32,180 nucleotides of DNA from an uncultured Eubacteriales bacterium (GTDB taxonomy: Bacteria > Bacillota > Clostridia > Oscillospirales > Acutalibacteraceae). Positions within the stretch are counted from its first letter, which is position 1, and each line of letters starts with the position of its first letter. The notes below the pieces were generated by a model. It ran no database searches. It saw nothing but the letters and a program-made list of their open reading frames with translations, and was not told the origin of the DNA. The DNA lies in the NCBI GenBank assembly GCA_900319255.1, contig ONNU01000158.1, forward strand, positions 1-32,180, given 5' to 3'. A program made the position numbers and the translations under genes. Below are positions 27,301 through 32,180 of the stretch, in pieces.

Positions 27301-27451
27301 AATACCTGTCGCTTCAAAATTTGATTATACCTCAAAGGTTCTTGCTTGTATGGGCTTCTACTGGAAAAACACCGACAGCGGATATATCCGCCGCTTCATT
27401 AAGGCGCTTATCGGACTGGAATTCTTTGATGAAAACAATCTTAACCGATAA
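15383..27451 (+). CDS. Tetramodular NRPS with terminal reductase: A-T-C-A-T-C-A-T-C-A-T-R
   Basis: The ORF-track start (TTG 15362) is trimmed to ATG 15383, 8 nt after AAAGGAG. A3 motifs at about 15784-15825, 18796-18845, 21856-21900 and 24930-24980. Carrier Ser codons: 16916-16918 (GGDS), 19967-19969 (GLTS), 23024-23026 (GLTS), 26105-26107 (GGTS). HHxxxDG at 17441-17461, 20498-20518 and 23585-23605. Reductase motifs GATGFMG (26357-26377) and YTSSK (26825-26839). Confidence 0.97.
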   Translation: MYQSIIRKILDNVKNAPDTIAIIDQGEGNQFTYSEFEAYARRVAGKLSRLGVSRNDFVTIELPRNKEYIASMAAVWMTGAAFVPLSPAYPAERVQFIRSDCSAKAVIDSAFLENIGNEAPIEDIASVEPSDHSLMIYTSGSTGKPKGVLHSHLSISDSVFRFLEYADSPAGFRAAVGAPFTFVASVQGVFEPLCAINTAVLVPYEAMRDPVLLADFIEQYQVNRCFISPKMLRVFKAKGNSLKIVSTGSERVSNTYSADYTIQVAYGQTESAGAVMMFRIDKKYDNTPIGKPIGNVKAYLLDENNQPADEGEMCLAGNFATGYLNLPELTEKTFIPNPFFEQDGFPKLLKTGDICKKGENGNYIYLNRKDWMVKINGQRVEPGEIEAVLKNTDGIADAAIKDFKNTFGQVYLVAYYTEKEAVDVEALKAKVSAQLPPYMIPSFFVRLDKLPVNQNGKLDRNALIPPEAGEFKNEYAAPETELQKALCSAFEKILEAENVGIDDDFYALGGDSIKSAMIARECEAYHLSTAVILAGKTPRGIEHMIKRSAQKASVVRKENKPKVYPLTSSERGMYLEQKLYPDSVSFNLNIGVMISGADAEAVRTTLESIFSSHEAFRSTYGEENGLPVRIVTDRLPQIIEKTAAAREDVIKIIDSYAEPFDLCADIPVRPTLYTISDGEVILHMAIHHIAFDGGSAKPFITELIDGLNGKMPEAATIDLSDLYDCQTEEQHENGLAYYRNVFADGVPVNEMPTKARRPKVHPVSDREIAFDLDTAKARLMDKAARKFGVTRFELIFAAISMALGKYTSSEDVVLGIPTDMRPNGAEGVIGMFVNTAPVRVKPVRSMELNDYFAAVSEAVRGATYGASLPFEDIVAEFVKTRDESRSPIFDVSVNYLQKPAVYRSSGLIVDMYSPLQNMTRDIAIVISNSEDGMRFVARYSGELFEDDMIESFLGQVRHTVDIFTGSEAKTVRDALALPEAQAERLEAFSSEATAEISDVLLHRVFERAASASPEKTALIACDKTVSFEELNNNANRIAHSLMEKGIKPGDSVVLLLPRRSFYFEAVFGVLKSGAAFVPCDPEYPPDRISHITEDSGSRFIITTEDRAADHPSEKTLIIHSLYENSDTEDPDVQMSGQDLAYMIYTSGSTGKPKGVMLTHAGICSFCTTHHANILYQLADEQIDTMLAVTTVSFDLSLKDTLGILCNGKTVVFASETEMNDPRELTALINKNHVDAMNATPSRYMQYMEYEPFCEALRGCTLVMAGGELFPAALLEKLKSLEIPHIINTYGPTETTISCNMAFLQNLDHVTVGRPLLNYKEYIVDKFGDPAPCGVVGELYVGGPGVARGYRNLPEKTAQSFVDYRGQRMYRTGDYAKFDREGKVYILGRLDSQVKLRGLRIELSEIEELIAAQPHIKKAAVVIRKLGGQDNLCAYFTADTEIDINALRSELKKHLTHYMVPAAFLQMEELPVTANGKTDTKSLPELTLEARQTTAPQSEMQQRIFDIAAEVLGNSNFGIETELYAAGLTSLNSVGFCIRLSDAFGVTVQIRDLRDNDTIEKLEVFIRTLEQQDTEEFEIFDEYSITKTQEGIFFETMSHPDITIYNIPTLLKIDKAIDTERLKKAVAAAVNAHPYLMTKMFISKMGEIRQKRAERSFDESEITDIRCGNIEEVKNDLVKPFDIENEKLYRFSVIETDEGKYLFLDIHHIVFDGESKKILLRDITAAYNGETLTPEKYSGYEAALSEQKLRAGEHYDRSKKYYTELLDGVESDCLPIGDVLSDSQKKDGGTLNLSGKESVPSSVRAYCAENHVSENAFYTAVFGWLLGKYCGREDDSLFMTVNNGRNDPRFRDSVSMFVRTYPVLCKLSTNSVSDYISEIGKQLSDSLQYDVYSFAEISHDLHVSADVLFVYQSTMTDGKTFTFCGEKAENVPLTFDEEKAKIELLIYPNGDTLSYHVSYDANTYTEDFIRDMLAAYERALAEFTKRSDTSEIQLVDEETLERLEEKNRTESDYEITDIVTLFRRRAEQSPDNIAVVYLDHVYTYKEVDRITENIASFLKSKGIGKDQAVSVIIPRCEYMPIAALGVLKAGAGYQPLDPSYPPERLEFMIQDADAKYLIADRTLMDRLPNYNGPVLYTDEIPDLPDGEKISENPDPGDLFIMLYTSGSTGIPKGVMLEHHNLCSFCNWYRQYYNMDETSRAAAYASYGFDAHMMDMYPILISGGQLHIIDEAIRLDLLAIKDYFCKNGITHSFITTQVGRQYADLFPDAKYPHYLSVGGEKLVPIAPPEGFRFFNAYGPTECTIFTHTYPVDKMYRRVPIGRPLFNMKQYVVDKNLNRLPFGIPGELIVAGHQVGRGYLNRPEKNAEVFIRNPFSDEPGYEHAYRTGDIVRILSDGSVDIIGRNDGQVKIRGFRIELSEVEGIIRKFPGIKDATVQAFDETGGGKFIAAYVVADEPVDIDALGAFIKQEKPAYMVPAVTMQIDRIPLNQNQKVNKRALPEPVKAGKTSDNEHQARPLTRFEEEIASVAKRLLGDMEMHPAEPLTSYGLTSISAIGLVATLADKFNVEISAPRLLDGASIIDIENMIFEDWMKQGFANKPEPQNAAAEEKPVTDRAPLSAVQLAVYYDAMKNEADVVYNIPMCLQFDKLDAQKLAEAVKKAVAAHSYLNTHIELCDGELIQVRDDNVQTQVEILTLNEEELEYYKNTFIRPFDLHTGPLYRFAVINSGEKTYLFLDIHHLIYDGMSSGVLLRDIGRAYTGEALSAEEYTYFDYAQESDEFKRSDAYAESVSYFDKMFERFEAPTEIPTDKPGSAENGVIAEAYCPVSKQAVDTFCRQNNMQPSAFFLAAVFYTVSRFAGTKNVYLSTISSGRESVKMRRTVGMFVHTLPLAMSFEENRDVLELINASNSVMRGSIQNENYPFAEIAAKYGYKTEIMYECQIGVVADGGEIGGNAYKSVRLRFEAPKFKTVFAVVEHDNDYMILIRYNDALYSKPYMQTLAQSVKNVTERMTADKSAAVNSLPLITEDEKQSLLALGISAKQEIETKLLHKLFEKAAAADPDKTALIACDKTLTYSELNGNANRIAHYLMDKGVKPGDSIVLLLPRRSSFFEAMFGVLKTGAAFVPCDPEYPAERISHITDDSGSRFIITTEDHASDYPAEKVLLIDSLYDSDNTENPDVAVTGDDLAYMIYTSGSTGKPKGVMLRHEGICNYLLPHPANMHIYKIRKLVSAYLSVTTVSFDMSFKEHTAALCNGKTLVFADENEMNDPRALAELMEKHHVDCINATPSRLQQYMEFKPFRERLGSCKVVLSGGEAYPISLRNAIKECSDDIIIINTYGPTEITVSSNAAIINETDHIHIGRPLFNYSEYIVDSDLNLLPRGVIGELLIGGAGVAKGYRNLPEQTEKSFIEWGGERVYRSGDYAKWDADGNVIILGRMDGQIKLRGLRIELGEIEGLIEQQPGIRRAAAAVRKLSGRENLCAWFTADRDIDITQLREALSQKLTHYMVPAAMMQVESIPVTPNGKTNVKALPDPEVIDSGEYVAPVGKAEEFFCGLFAEILGVEKVGATDDFFSIGGTSLAVTGIMIKATENGYELTYGDVFKYTTPRQLAAKFTGEGDTKTLSAARFDLYNYDKIHELLSHNTSGSFVNGEKRPIGNILLTGATGFMGIHVLAEYLNSYSGTAYCMLRKGRFESVAARVRNMLYYYFGDEFEDKLDRVQAFEGDVTSFDSFSPLLSLPVDTVFNCAASVKHFSSGTDIEDINVGGVQNCIRYCLEKNSRLIHFSTTSVAGAVVAEPGAPQRFLDEHILYYGQILENQYTSSKLLAEREVFESMVENGLDAKVIRVGTLAPRESDGEFQINFLSNSFMGRLRSFAMLKVFPYNMINFPVRMGSIDESAKAFMLLAQTPRECCLFNAINTHSAPLVDIIHIMKELGIEIDITYNEVFEKELEKAEADPDKAAILQSMLAYKNMNGKNTIPVASKFDYTSKVLACMGFYWKNTDSGYIRRFIKALIGLEFFDENNLNR
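26335..27448 (+). other. Terminal SDR-type thioester reductase (R) domain of NRPS 2
   Basis: LTGATGFMGIHVL, HFSTTSV and YTSSK. Clearly paralogous to 11605-12726. Confidence 0.85.
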
Positions 27452-27461
27452 GGAGGACATT

Positions 27462-29204
27462 ATGGAAAGAAACGGAAGATTAATAAAACATAAATATAAC
27501 GAATACCTTCTTTCTACGCTTGCCATGAGCGGATGTGCTTCAATCGCGACTATCGTTGACAGGATCATGGTGGGAAATCTGCTGACAGCCAACGATCTTA
27601 ACGCAACGAATCTTATCGGTCCGCTTATCTATGTCCTCAATATGATCTTTGCGCTGTTTATTTACGGCGGAAACACTCTCGCAGTGACCTTCAAGGGAAA
27701 ACGAGATCAGAAGACTGCAAATAAATGCTTTACCATTTCTATCTTAGGCGGTACTTGTTTCATGGCGCTATTTGCGATAGCGGGTCTGATTTTTCAGGTC
27801 CCGCTGTCGAACCTGCTGTGCATAGGAAAAGAGGAATTGTATAAGCCGGTATCAGAATATCTTGTTCCCGTGCTGTTTCTTGGAATGCTTATGATACTGC
27901 TCAACGGCACTTCGGCTTTTATCAGGGTCGACGGCTTGAGAAAGCTTGCCATAATCATTCCCATTGTATCAAATGCGCTGAATCTGACCCTTGATTATGT
28001 CTTTATGGGCATCTGCAAATTTGGTATAGCCGGCGCTGGCTGGGCGACAAATCTGGGCTTTGGGGCTTCGCTTTTCCTGCTGATACCGTATTTCCGTTCC
28101 GAAAAACGCACAGTATTCTTTACAAAGATAGGCTTCAAGGATATCAAGCTTATGCTGAATTCCTTCCATCTGGGTCTGGCAACGGCGCTTATGTATCTTT
28201 GCATGTTTCTCAAGACATTTTTCCTCAACAGGATCATCGTTATTACCCTTGGCGCTGTGGGAGGACAGATACTCGTTGTCTGCTCAGCAGTCATGAGCGT
28301 CGGCAATATATTCTTTACCGGAACAGCTCAGACCATGCTGCCGATAAACGGAGCATTGTACGGAGCGCAGGATTATAAGGGCATCAGGCATCTTTTCAAA
28401 ACCTCAATGCTTGTGATGGAAATAATTTGCGTTGTAATAATGGCAATATTTATGATATTCCCCCTGCAAACAGCCGCAATTTTCAATGTCACAAGCCCAG
28501 AGGCGCAGGAACTTCTGCCAAGCTCGATCTTTATGTTCAGCCTTTGTATCCCGCCCACCGGTATGCTTTTTATCATGCGCTCACATTATCAGTCCACCGG
28601 TCATCGCAATGCTGCAACGGTGCTGACTGTGCTGGAGGGAACGGTATTCTTTATCCCCATACTCTGGGCATTATCACGGATCAATCCTGATCTTATGTGG
28701 CTGTCTCATGTAATATCGGTGGTATTGTCTATTATTGTAATGGGTCTTGCAATGTGCATCAGCGCAATGCGGAAAGGAAGATCTGCATTTTTGCTGCTGC
28801 CGAAGCAGGATGACGGAAGCTCCTTCGATTTCAGCATAGAAAACAAGATCGAAGCAGCAGTAGAAGCATCTGGGAAGATCACTGAATATTGCCTGCAAAA
28901 CGGCATAAGCGAAGAGGTTGCAAGTATTATCGGCGTTTCGGTAGAGGAGCTGTGTGTTAATACAGCTAAATATGCAGTAAGCTCCAAATCGGATATGATA
29001 GATATTTTCCTGAAGATCACACCGGAAACAGTAATTCTGAAGGTGCGGGATAATGGAATGATCTTTAATCCCACAGAATATATTGACAATTCAGGCGAAT
29101 CCATCACCGGTCTGAAGATGGTCAGGAGCATCAGTTCAAAGGTGGAATATAACCGTGTAATCGGCTTCAATAATACCATCGTTACCGTCAACCGCACGCT
29201 CTGA
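27462..29204 (+). CDS. MATE-family efflux transporter fused to a C-terminal RsbW/SpoIIAB-like domain, paralog 2
   Basis: The ORF-track start (27321) lies inside the NRPS gene. It is trimmed to ATG 27462, 5 nt after AAGGAGG (27450-27456) and 10 nt after the NRPS stop. About 580 aa. MATE-like N terminus (IATIVDRIMVGNLLTANDLNATNL). The tail reads SVEELCVNTAKYAV and VRDNGMIFNPTEYIDNSG. Confidence 0.88.
   Translation: MERNGRLIKHKYNEYLLSTLAMSGCASIATIVDRIMVGNLLTANDLNATNLIGPLIYVLNMIFALFIYGGNTLAVTFKGKRDQKTANKCFTISILGGTCFMALFAIAGLIFQVPLSNLLCIGKEELYKPVSEYLVPVLFLGMLMILLNGTSAFIRVDGLRKLAIIIPIVSNALNLTLDYVFMGICKFGIAGAGWATNLGFGASLFLLIPYFRSEKRTVFFTKIGFKDIKLMLNSFHLGLATALMYLCMFLKTFFLNRIIVITLGAVGGQILVVCSAVMSVGNIFFTGTAQTMLPINGALYGAQDYKGIRHLFKTSMLVMEIICVVIMAIFMIFPLQTAAIFNVTSPEAQELLPSSIFMFSLCIPPTGMLFIMRSHYQSTGHRNAATVLTVLEGTVFFIPILWALSRINPDLMWLSHVISVVLSIIVMGLAMCISAMRKGRSAFLLLPKQDDGSSFDFSIENKIEAAVEASGKITEYCLQNGISEEVASIIGVSVEELCVNTAKYAVSSKSDMIDIFLKITPETVILKVRDNGMIFNPTEYIDNSGESITGLKMVRSISSKVEYNRVIGFNNTIVTVNRTL
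28822..29201 (+). other. RsbW/SpoIIAB-like (HATPase_c_2-type) tail domain of exporter 2
   Basis: N-box-like EELCVNTAKYA and G1-like DNG. The lid region has a single Gly (SITGLKMVRSI). Boundaries are approximate. Confidence 0.7.
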
Positions 29205-29275
29205 ACGGATAAAGATAGTAAAGCATCCCCTTTCTGAAATTCAGAAAACCGGATCACAAAAAACATAAACCTGTC

Positions 29276-29309
29276 AAGGCAGAAGGAAAAGCGATTTTTC
29301 TTCTGCCTT
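29276..29309 (+). terminator. Hairpin after operon 2 (possible terminator, no clear U tract)
   Basis: AAGGCAGAAG (29276-29285) pairs perfectly with CTTCTGCCTT (29300-29309). Inner AAAA/TTTT pairing surrounds a GCGA loop. The downstream sequence is not T-rich. Confidence 0.35.
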
Positions 29310-29461
29310 CCGTGTCAGAAAGAGTCGGCGAAAAAAATCCCCTATATCAGCCCCCTTTATCTGATAGCTTTGCTCCTTATGCTCTGAGCTTTGCGCTTTG
29401 AGCTGTTCATTCTCCTGATATGAAAAAATTAAGAATACGACATTTTATGAAAGGATAAAAT

Positions 29462-30085
29462 ATGTTCAGAAAAAATATTGATTGGATATTTTTTGATATC
29501 GGCTCGACCCTTGTTGATGAAAGCATTGCATACAAAAGGAGAATTGAAAAGACGATAGAAAACACAAACGTAAGCTTTACCGATTTTTATAATAAAATGG
29601 TCGAGATATCAGAATACGATCAGAAATGCTATCAAAAAGCCCTTGAAGCATATGGACTGACTATGGCGCCGTGGTGCAGCGAGGATGAAATTGTATATGA
29701 GGATGCTGAGGATTGTCTGAAAAGCCTTAGCGAAAAATATTCCATAGGAATAATTGCAAATCAGATCCCCGGAAGTGAAAAGCGCCTTGAAAAAATGGGA
29801 CTGCTCAGATATATTGATCTTGTAGCCGCATCAGCCGAAGAGGGTGTATCAAAGCCTGATCTGCGGATATTTGAAATAGCCCTTAGTAAAGCAAAATGTA
29901 AAGCCGGCAGAGCGGTAATGGTGGGGGACAGGCTTGATAATGATATCGTCCCTGCAAAGAAAGCAGGCATGAAAACTGTATGGATCAGACAGGGCTTCGG
30001 CGGTCTGTCATGTATCCGTTCAGCCGAAGAAACCCCCGATCTTACAGCCGGCAGCCTAACAGAAGTCAGGAACCTGTTTTACTGA
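29462..30085 (+). CDS. HAD-superfamily hydrolase (subfamily IA-like phosphatase)
   Basis: 207 aa with RBS AAAGGA. Motif I is FFDIGSTL (the D-x-G variant seen in some HAD phosphatases), motif III is SKPD, and motif IV is VGDRLDNDI. Confidence 0.8.
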   Translation: MFRKNIDWIFFDIGSTLVDESIAYKRRIEKTIENTNVSFTDFYNKMVEISEYDQKCYQKALEAYGLTMAPWCSEDEIVYEDAEDCLKSLSEKYSIGIIANQIPGSEKRLEKMGLLRYIDLVAASAEEGVSKPDLRIFEIALSKAKCKAGRAVMVGDRLDNDIVPAKKAGMKTVWIRQGFGGLSCIRSAEETPDLTAGSLTEVRNLFY

Positions 30086-30123
30086 AAAAATCCATAAAAT
30101 CAGGCGCGAAAGCCTGAGAAAAT

Positions 30124-30159
30124 AAAAAAGACCCGGAACTGTAAAACCGGCTCTTTTTT
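30124..30159. terminator. Candidate bidirectional terminator between the convergent HAD and GNAT genes
   Basis: An A-run, then stem GACCCGG (30130-30136) / CCGGCTC (30147-30153) with one mismatch, then a T-run (30154-30159). A second small hairpin TCAGGC/GCCTGA lies at 30100-30117. Confidence 0.45.
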
Positions 30160-30166
30160 AATAGAG

Positions 30167-30577
30167 TTATCTGACATGATACATCAATTTTAATCTTTGC
30201 GCTTCATTGGCATCAAAACCGAATTTCTGATAGAAGGGTATCTTATCAGGCATTGCGCATAATTCGACAAAAATCCCTGTTCCGCTGACCCCGTTATCAT
30301 CAACATATTTCAGCAGCTCATCAATAAGTAAGCGACCGATGCCTTGCCCCTGATATTCAGGTCTGACGATCACATCCTTGATGTAATAATCAAGTCCCAT
30401 ATCACCTATCATTCTTGCCATAGCAATGATCTTATCCCCGTCAAAAACCGAAACTCTGAATAAAGTATGCTCCATAGCAAGCCTTGTCTGTTCCAGAGAA
30501 GGTCCATCACCCCAGACCGTTTCCCAAAGCATAATAAATTCCTCAGCTGTCAGTTCATTATGCTTTATAGTATACAT
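30167..30577 (-). CDS. GNAT-family N-acetyltransferase
   Basis: 136 aa with GGAGGA 10 nt upstream of the ATG on the minus strand. Acetyl-CoA-binding motif A reads QGQGIGRLLIDELL. The size is typical of a single GNAT fold. Confidence 0.85.
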   Translation of the reverse strand: MYTIKHNELTAEEFIMLWETVWGDGPSLEQTRLAMEHTLFRVSVFDGDKIIAMARMIGDMGLDYYIKDVIVRPEYQGQGIGRLLIDELLKYVDDNGVSGTGIFVELCAMPDKIPFYQKFGFDANEAQRLKLMYHVR

Positions 30578-30659
30578 ACAGCATTATTCCTCCGTTTTTT
30601 TTACCTGATTCCGTGAAACTGACATCCCCATTTGCTGGCAGCTAAACGGGATCAGCAAA

Positions 30660-31973
30660 TTATTTGCATCTCCATATATGACTGCTGTACGGCTCAAGAA
30701 GGCTGCCGCCGCCGAAATCGTGAGTACCGCCTGTGACAAAGTCATCAGCCAGACCATAGCCTGCATCAAAATGAGCAGTATAAGGCTGGTCATCAGCATT
30801 TATTGCGACGAAAACTCTTTCGCCGTCGAAATCGCGCTGAAGTATGCACTGTTTATTGGTAAGCACAGGGATCTTGATATCGCCGTAGCACAAAGCCTTG
30901 CAGCTCTTGTGAGCTTCGACAAGTCTGCGGATATGCTCGGTAAGCTCGTTGCTTTCAGGTTTATCAAATGAAGGACGAAGCGCAGGATCGCCCTGACTCT
31001 TATCAGCCGTAGCGCCCCATTCGCTGCCGTAATATACGCAGGGGATACCCGGCATACCGAAGAGCATGGTGTATACGAGCGGGAGATGCGCCGGATTTGA
31101 GAGAATACTTGCAATACGGGTAACATCATGATTATCCGCAAAGCAAAGCAGGTGCATACCCTTGTACTGACACCATGGCTCAGGACCGAATCTGTTTTTC
31201 AGAGAATGACAGATCTCAAACATATTCATTGAATTGAAGCTTGAGAACAGACCCTTGTAGCATTCATAGTTTGTAGCGGAATGAAGCATATCCTGATTGA
31301 CCCAGCGTGAATAATCGCCGTGAAGCAGCTCGCCGAGAAGGAAGAAATCATTTTTCAGGCTGTCGGTAAAGCTGCGGAGTCTTTTGAGAAAATCAAAATC
31401 GAGACAATATGCAACATCAAGACGAATTCCGTCAATTCCGAAATATTCGATCCAGTATCTGACCGCGTTAAGAATATGATCTACCACAGCAGGATTGCGC
31501 AGATTAAGCTTTACAAGGTCATAGTGACCCTCCCAGCCTTCATACCAGAGACCGTCATTATAGCTGCTGTTGCCGTCGAAATTGATATTGAACCAGTCCT
31601 TATAGGGGGAATTCCATTTCTTTTCGCAAACATCGCGGAACTGAGGGAAACCTCTTCCTACATGATTGAACACACCGTCAAGCACAACCCTGATACCTTT
31701 TTCATGCAGCTTATCGCATACCTGCTTGAAATCCTCGTTAGTACCAAGACGGCAGTCAATTTTGCAGTAATCCCTTGTATTATAGCCGTGGGTATCAGAT
31801 TCAAATACGGGAGAAAAATAAACTGCATTGCAGCCCAGCTCCGAAATATGATCTACCCAGTCAAGCACCTTCAGAATACGGTGTTCTTCAACTCCGTCAT
31901 TTTCAAAAGGCGCTCCGCAGAAGCCAAGCGGATAGATCTGATAGAATACGGCTTCATATCCCCAATTTTCCAT
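30660..31973 (-). CDS. Glycoside hydrolase family 13 (alpha-amylase superfamily) enzyme
   Basis: 437 aa. The four GH13 conserved regions are readable: DGVFNHVG (I), GIRLDVAYC (II, nucleophile Asp), LLGELLHG (III, acid/base Glu) and FADNHDVTR (IV). No N-terminal signal peptide is evident. Confidence 0.9.
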   Translation of the reverse strand: MENWGYEAVFYQIYPLGFCGAPFENDGVEEHRILKVLDWVDHISELGCNAVYFSPVFESDTHGYNTRDYCKIDCRLGTNEDFKQVCDKLHEKGIRVVLDGVFNHVGRGFPQFRDVCEKKWNSPYKDWFNINFDGNSSYNDGLWYEGWEGHYDLVKLNLRNPAVVDHILNAVRYWIEYFGIDGIRLDVAYCLDFDFLKRLRSFTDSLKNDFFLLGELLHGDYSRWVNQDMLHSATNYECYKGLFSSFNSMNMFEICHSLKNRFGPEPWCQYKGMHLLCFADNHDVTRIASILSNPAHLPLVYTMLFGMPGIPCVYYGSEWGATADKSQGDPALRPSFDKPESNELTEHIRRLVEAHKSCKALCYGDIKIPVLTNKQCILQRDFDGERVFVAINADDQPYTAHFDAGYGLADDFVTGGTHDFGGGSLLEPYSSHIWRCK

Positions 31974-32180
31974 AGTTTTCTTTCCTTTCTGAACATAAAA
32001 GATTAATTGCTCTTGCTTTCATCAAGCAAAACAAAACCGCAGTATTACGGTCACACATATATAATACATCATTAAACCTACCGCTGTCAACCGGCCGGCA
32101 GCGTCGACGCTGCACCCAAAATCGCGGGGGCAGGTCTGACAAAGCGTTGCTTTCGCTCTCGCGTGTTATACTTAGGTGGT

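Noticed and set aside
29231-29247. Perfect palindrome TTTCTGAA-A-TTCAGAAA just after the exporter-2 stop.
   Set aside because: It is short and AT-rich, and the 1-nt centre cannot form an RNA hairpin loop. It may be chance; there is no second copy in the window.
30167-30577. GNAT acetyltransferase as a self-resistance or tailoring enzyme of the NRPS locus; the same question applies to the HAD hydrolase at 29462-30085.
   Set aside because: The GNAT gene is convergent to the cluster, separated from it by hairpins and candidate terminators, and co-directional with a GH13 gene. The HAD gene has its own 257-nt upstream spacer following a hairpin. Nothing in the sequence links either gene to the operons, although a role cannot be excluded.
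31320-32006. 228-aa + strand ORF, 66-aa ORF 31775-31975 (+), and the small ORFs 30584-30799 (-), 30678-30971 (+) and 30800-31141 (-).
   Set aside because: They are antisense to, or out of frame with, the GH13 gene, whose frame shows all four GH13 conserved regions.
1-32180. tRNA, rRNA, CRISPR arrays, transposases or integrases, toxin-antitoxin pairs and phage-defence genes.
   Set aside because: By visual scanning there are no cloverleaf-like or rRNA-like segments, no regularly spaced short repeats, and no ORFs with DDE, tyrosine-recombinase or serine-recombinase motifs. All long ORFs are accounted for by the features listed.

Overview
The window is dominated by a roughly 28-kb nonribosomal peptide locus on the + strand, made of two tandem paralogous operons. 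Each operon has four parts in order. (i) A conserved ~100-bp promoter block with phased TTGTAAC-like boxes and a perfect TATAAT but no usable -35. (ii) A small STAS (SpoIIAA/RsbV-like) gene. (iii) A giant reductase-terminated NRPS: A-T-C-A-T-C-A-T-R of 3001 aa, and A-T-C-A-T-C-A-T-C-A-T-R of about 4022 aa. (iv) A MATE-type exporter whose C terminus continues in frame into an RsbW/SpoIIAB-like (HATPase_c_2-type) anti-sigma-kinase domain. Operon 1 also encodes a membrane sensor PP2C phosphatase fused to a third RsbW-like domain. Upstream lies an orphan receiver plus SARP/OmpR-type winged-helix regulator with Glu at the phospho-acceptor position. The most unusual feature is therefore a full set of partner-switching parts with no sigma factor in the window, attached to the exporters of two predicted peptide-aldehyde synthetases. 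I see no histidine kinase, PPTase, MbtH-like protein, type II thioesterase, transposase, tRNA, rRNA or CRISPR array. The 3' flank (HAD hydrolase on +, GNAT and GH13 on -) looks like ordinary neighbouring genes. GGAGG-type ribosome-binding sites and AT-rich intergenic DNA suggest a Firmicutes/Clostridia-like host, but that is inference only. All domain calls come from reading motifs and hand alignment; no HMM or BLAST search or folding program was run, and domain coordinates are approximate.
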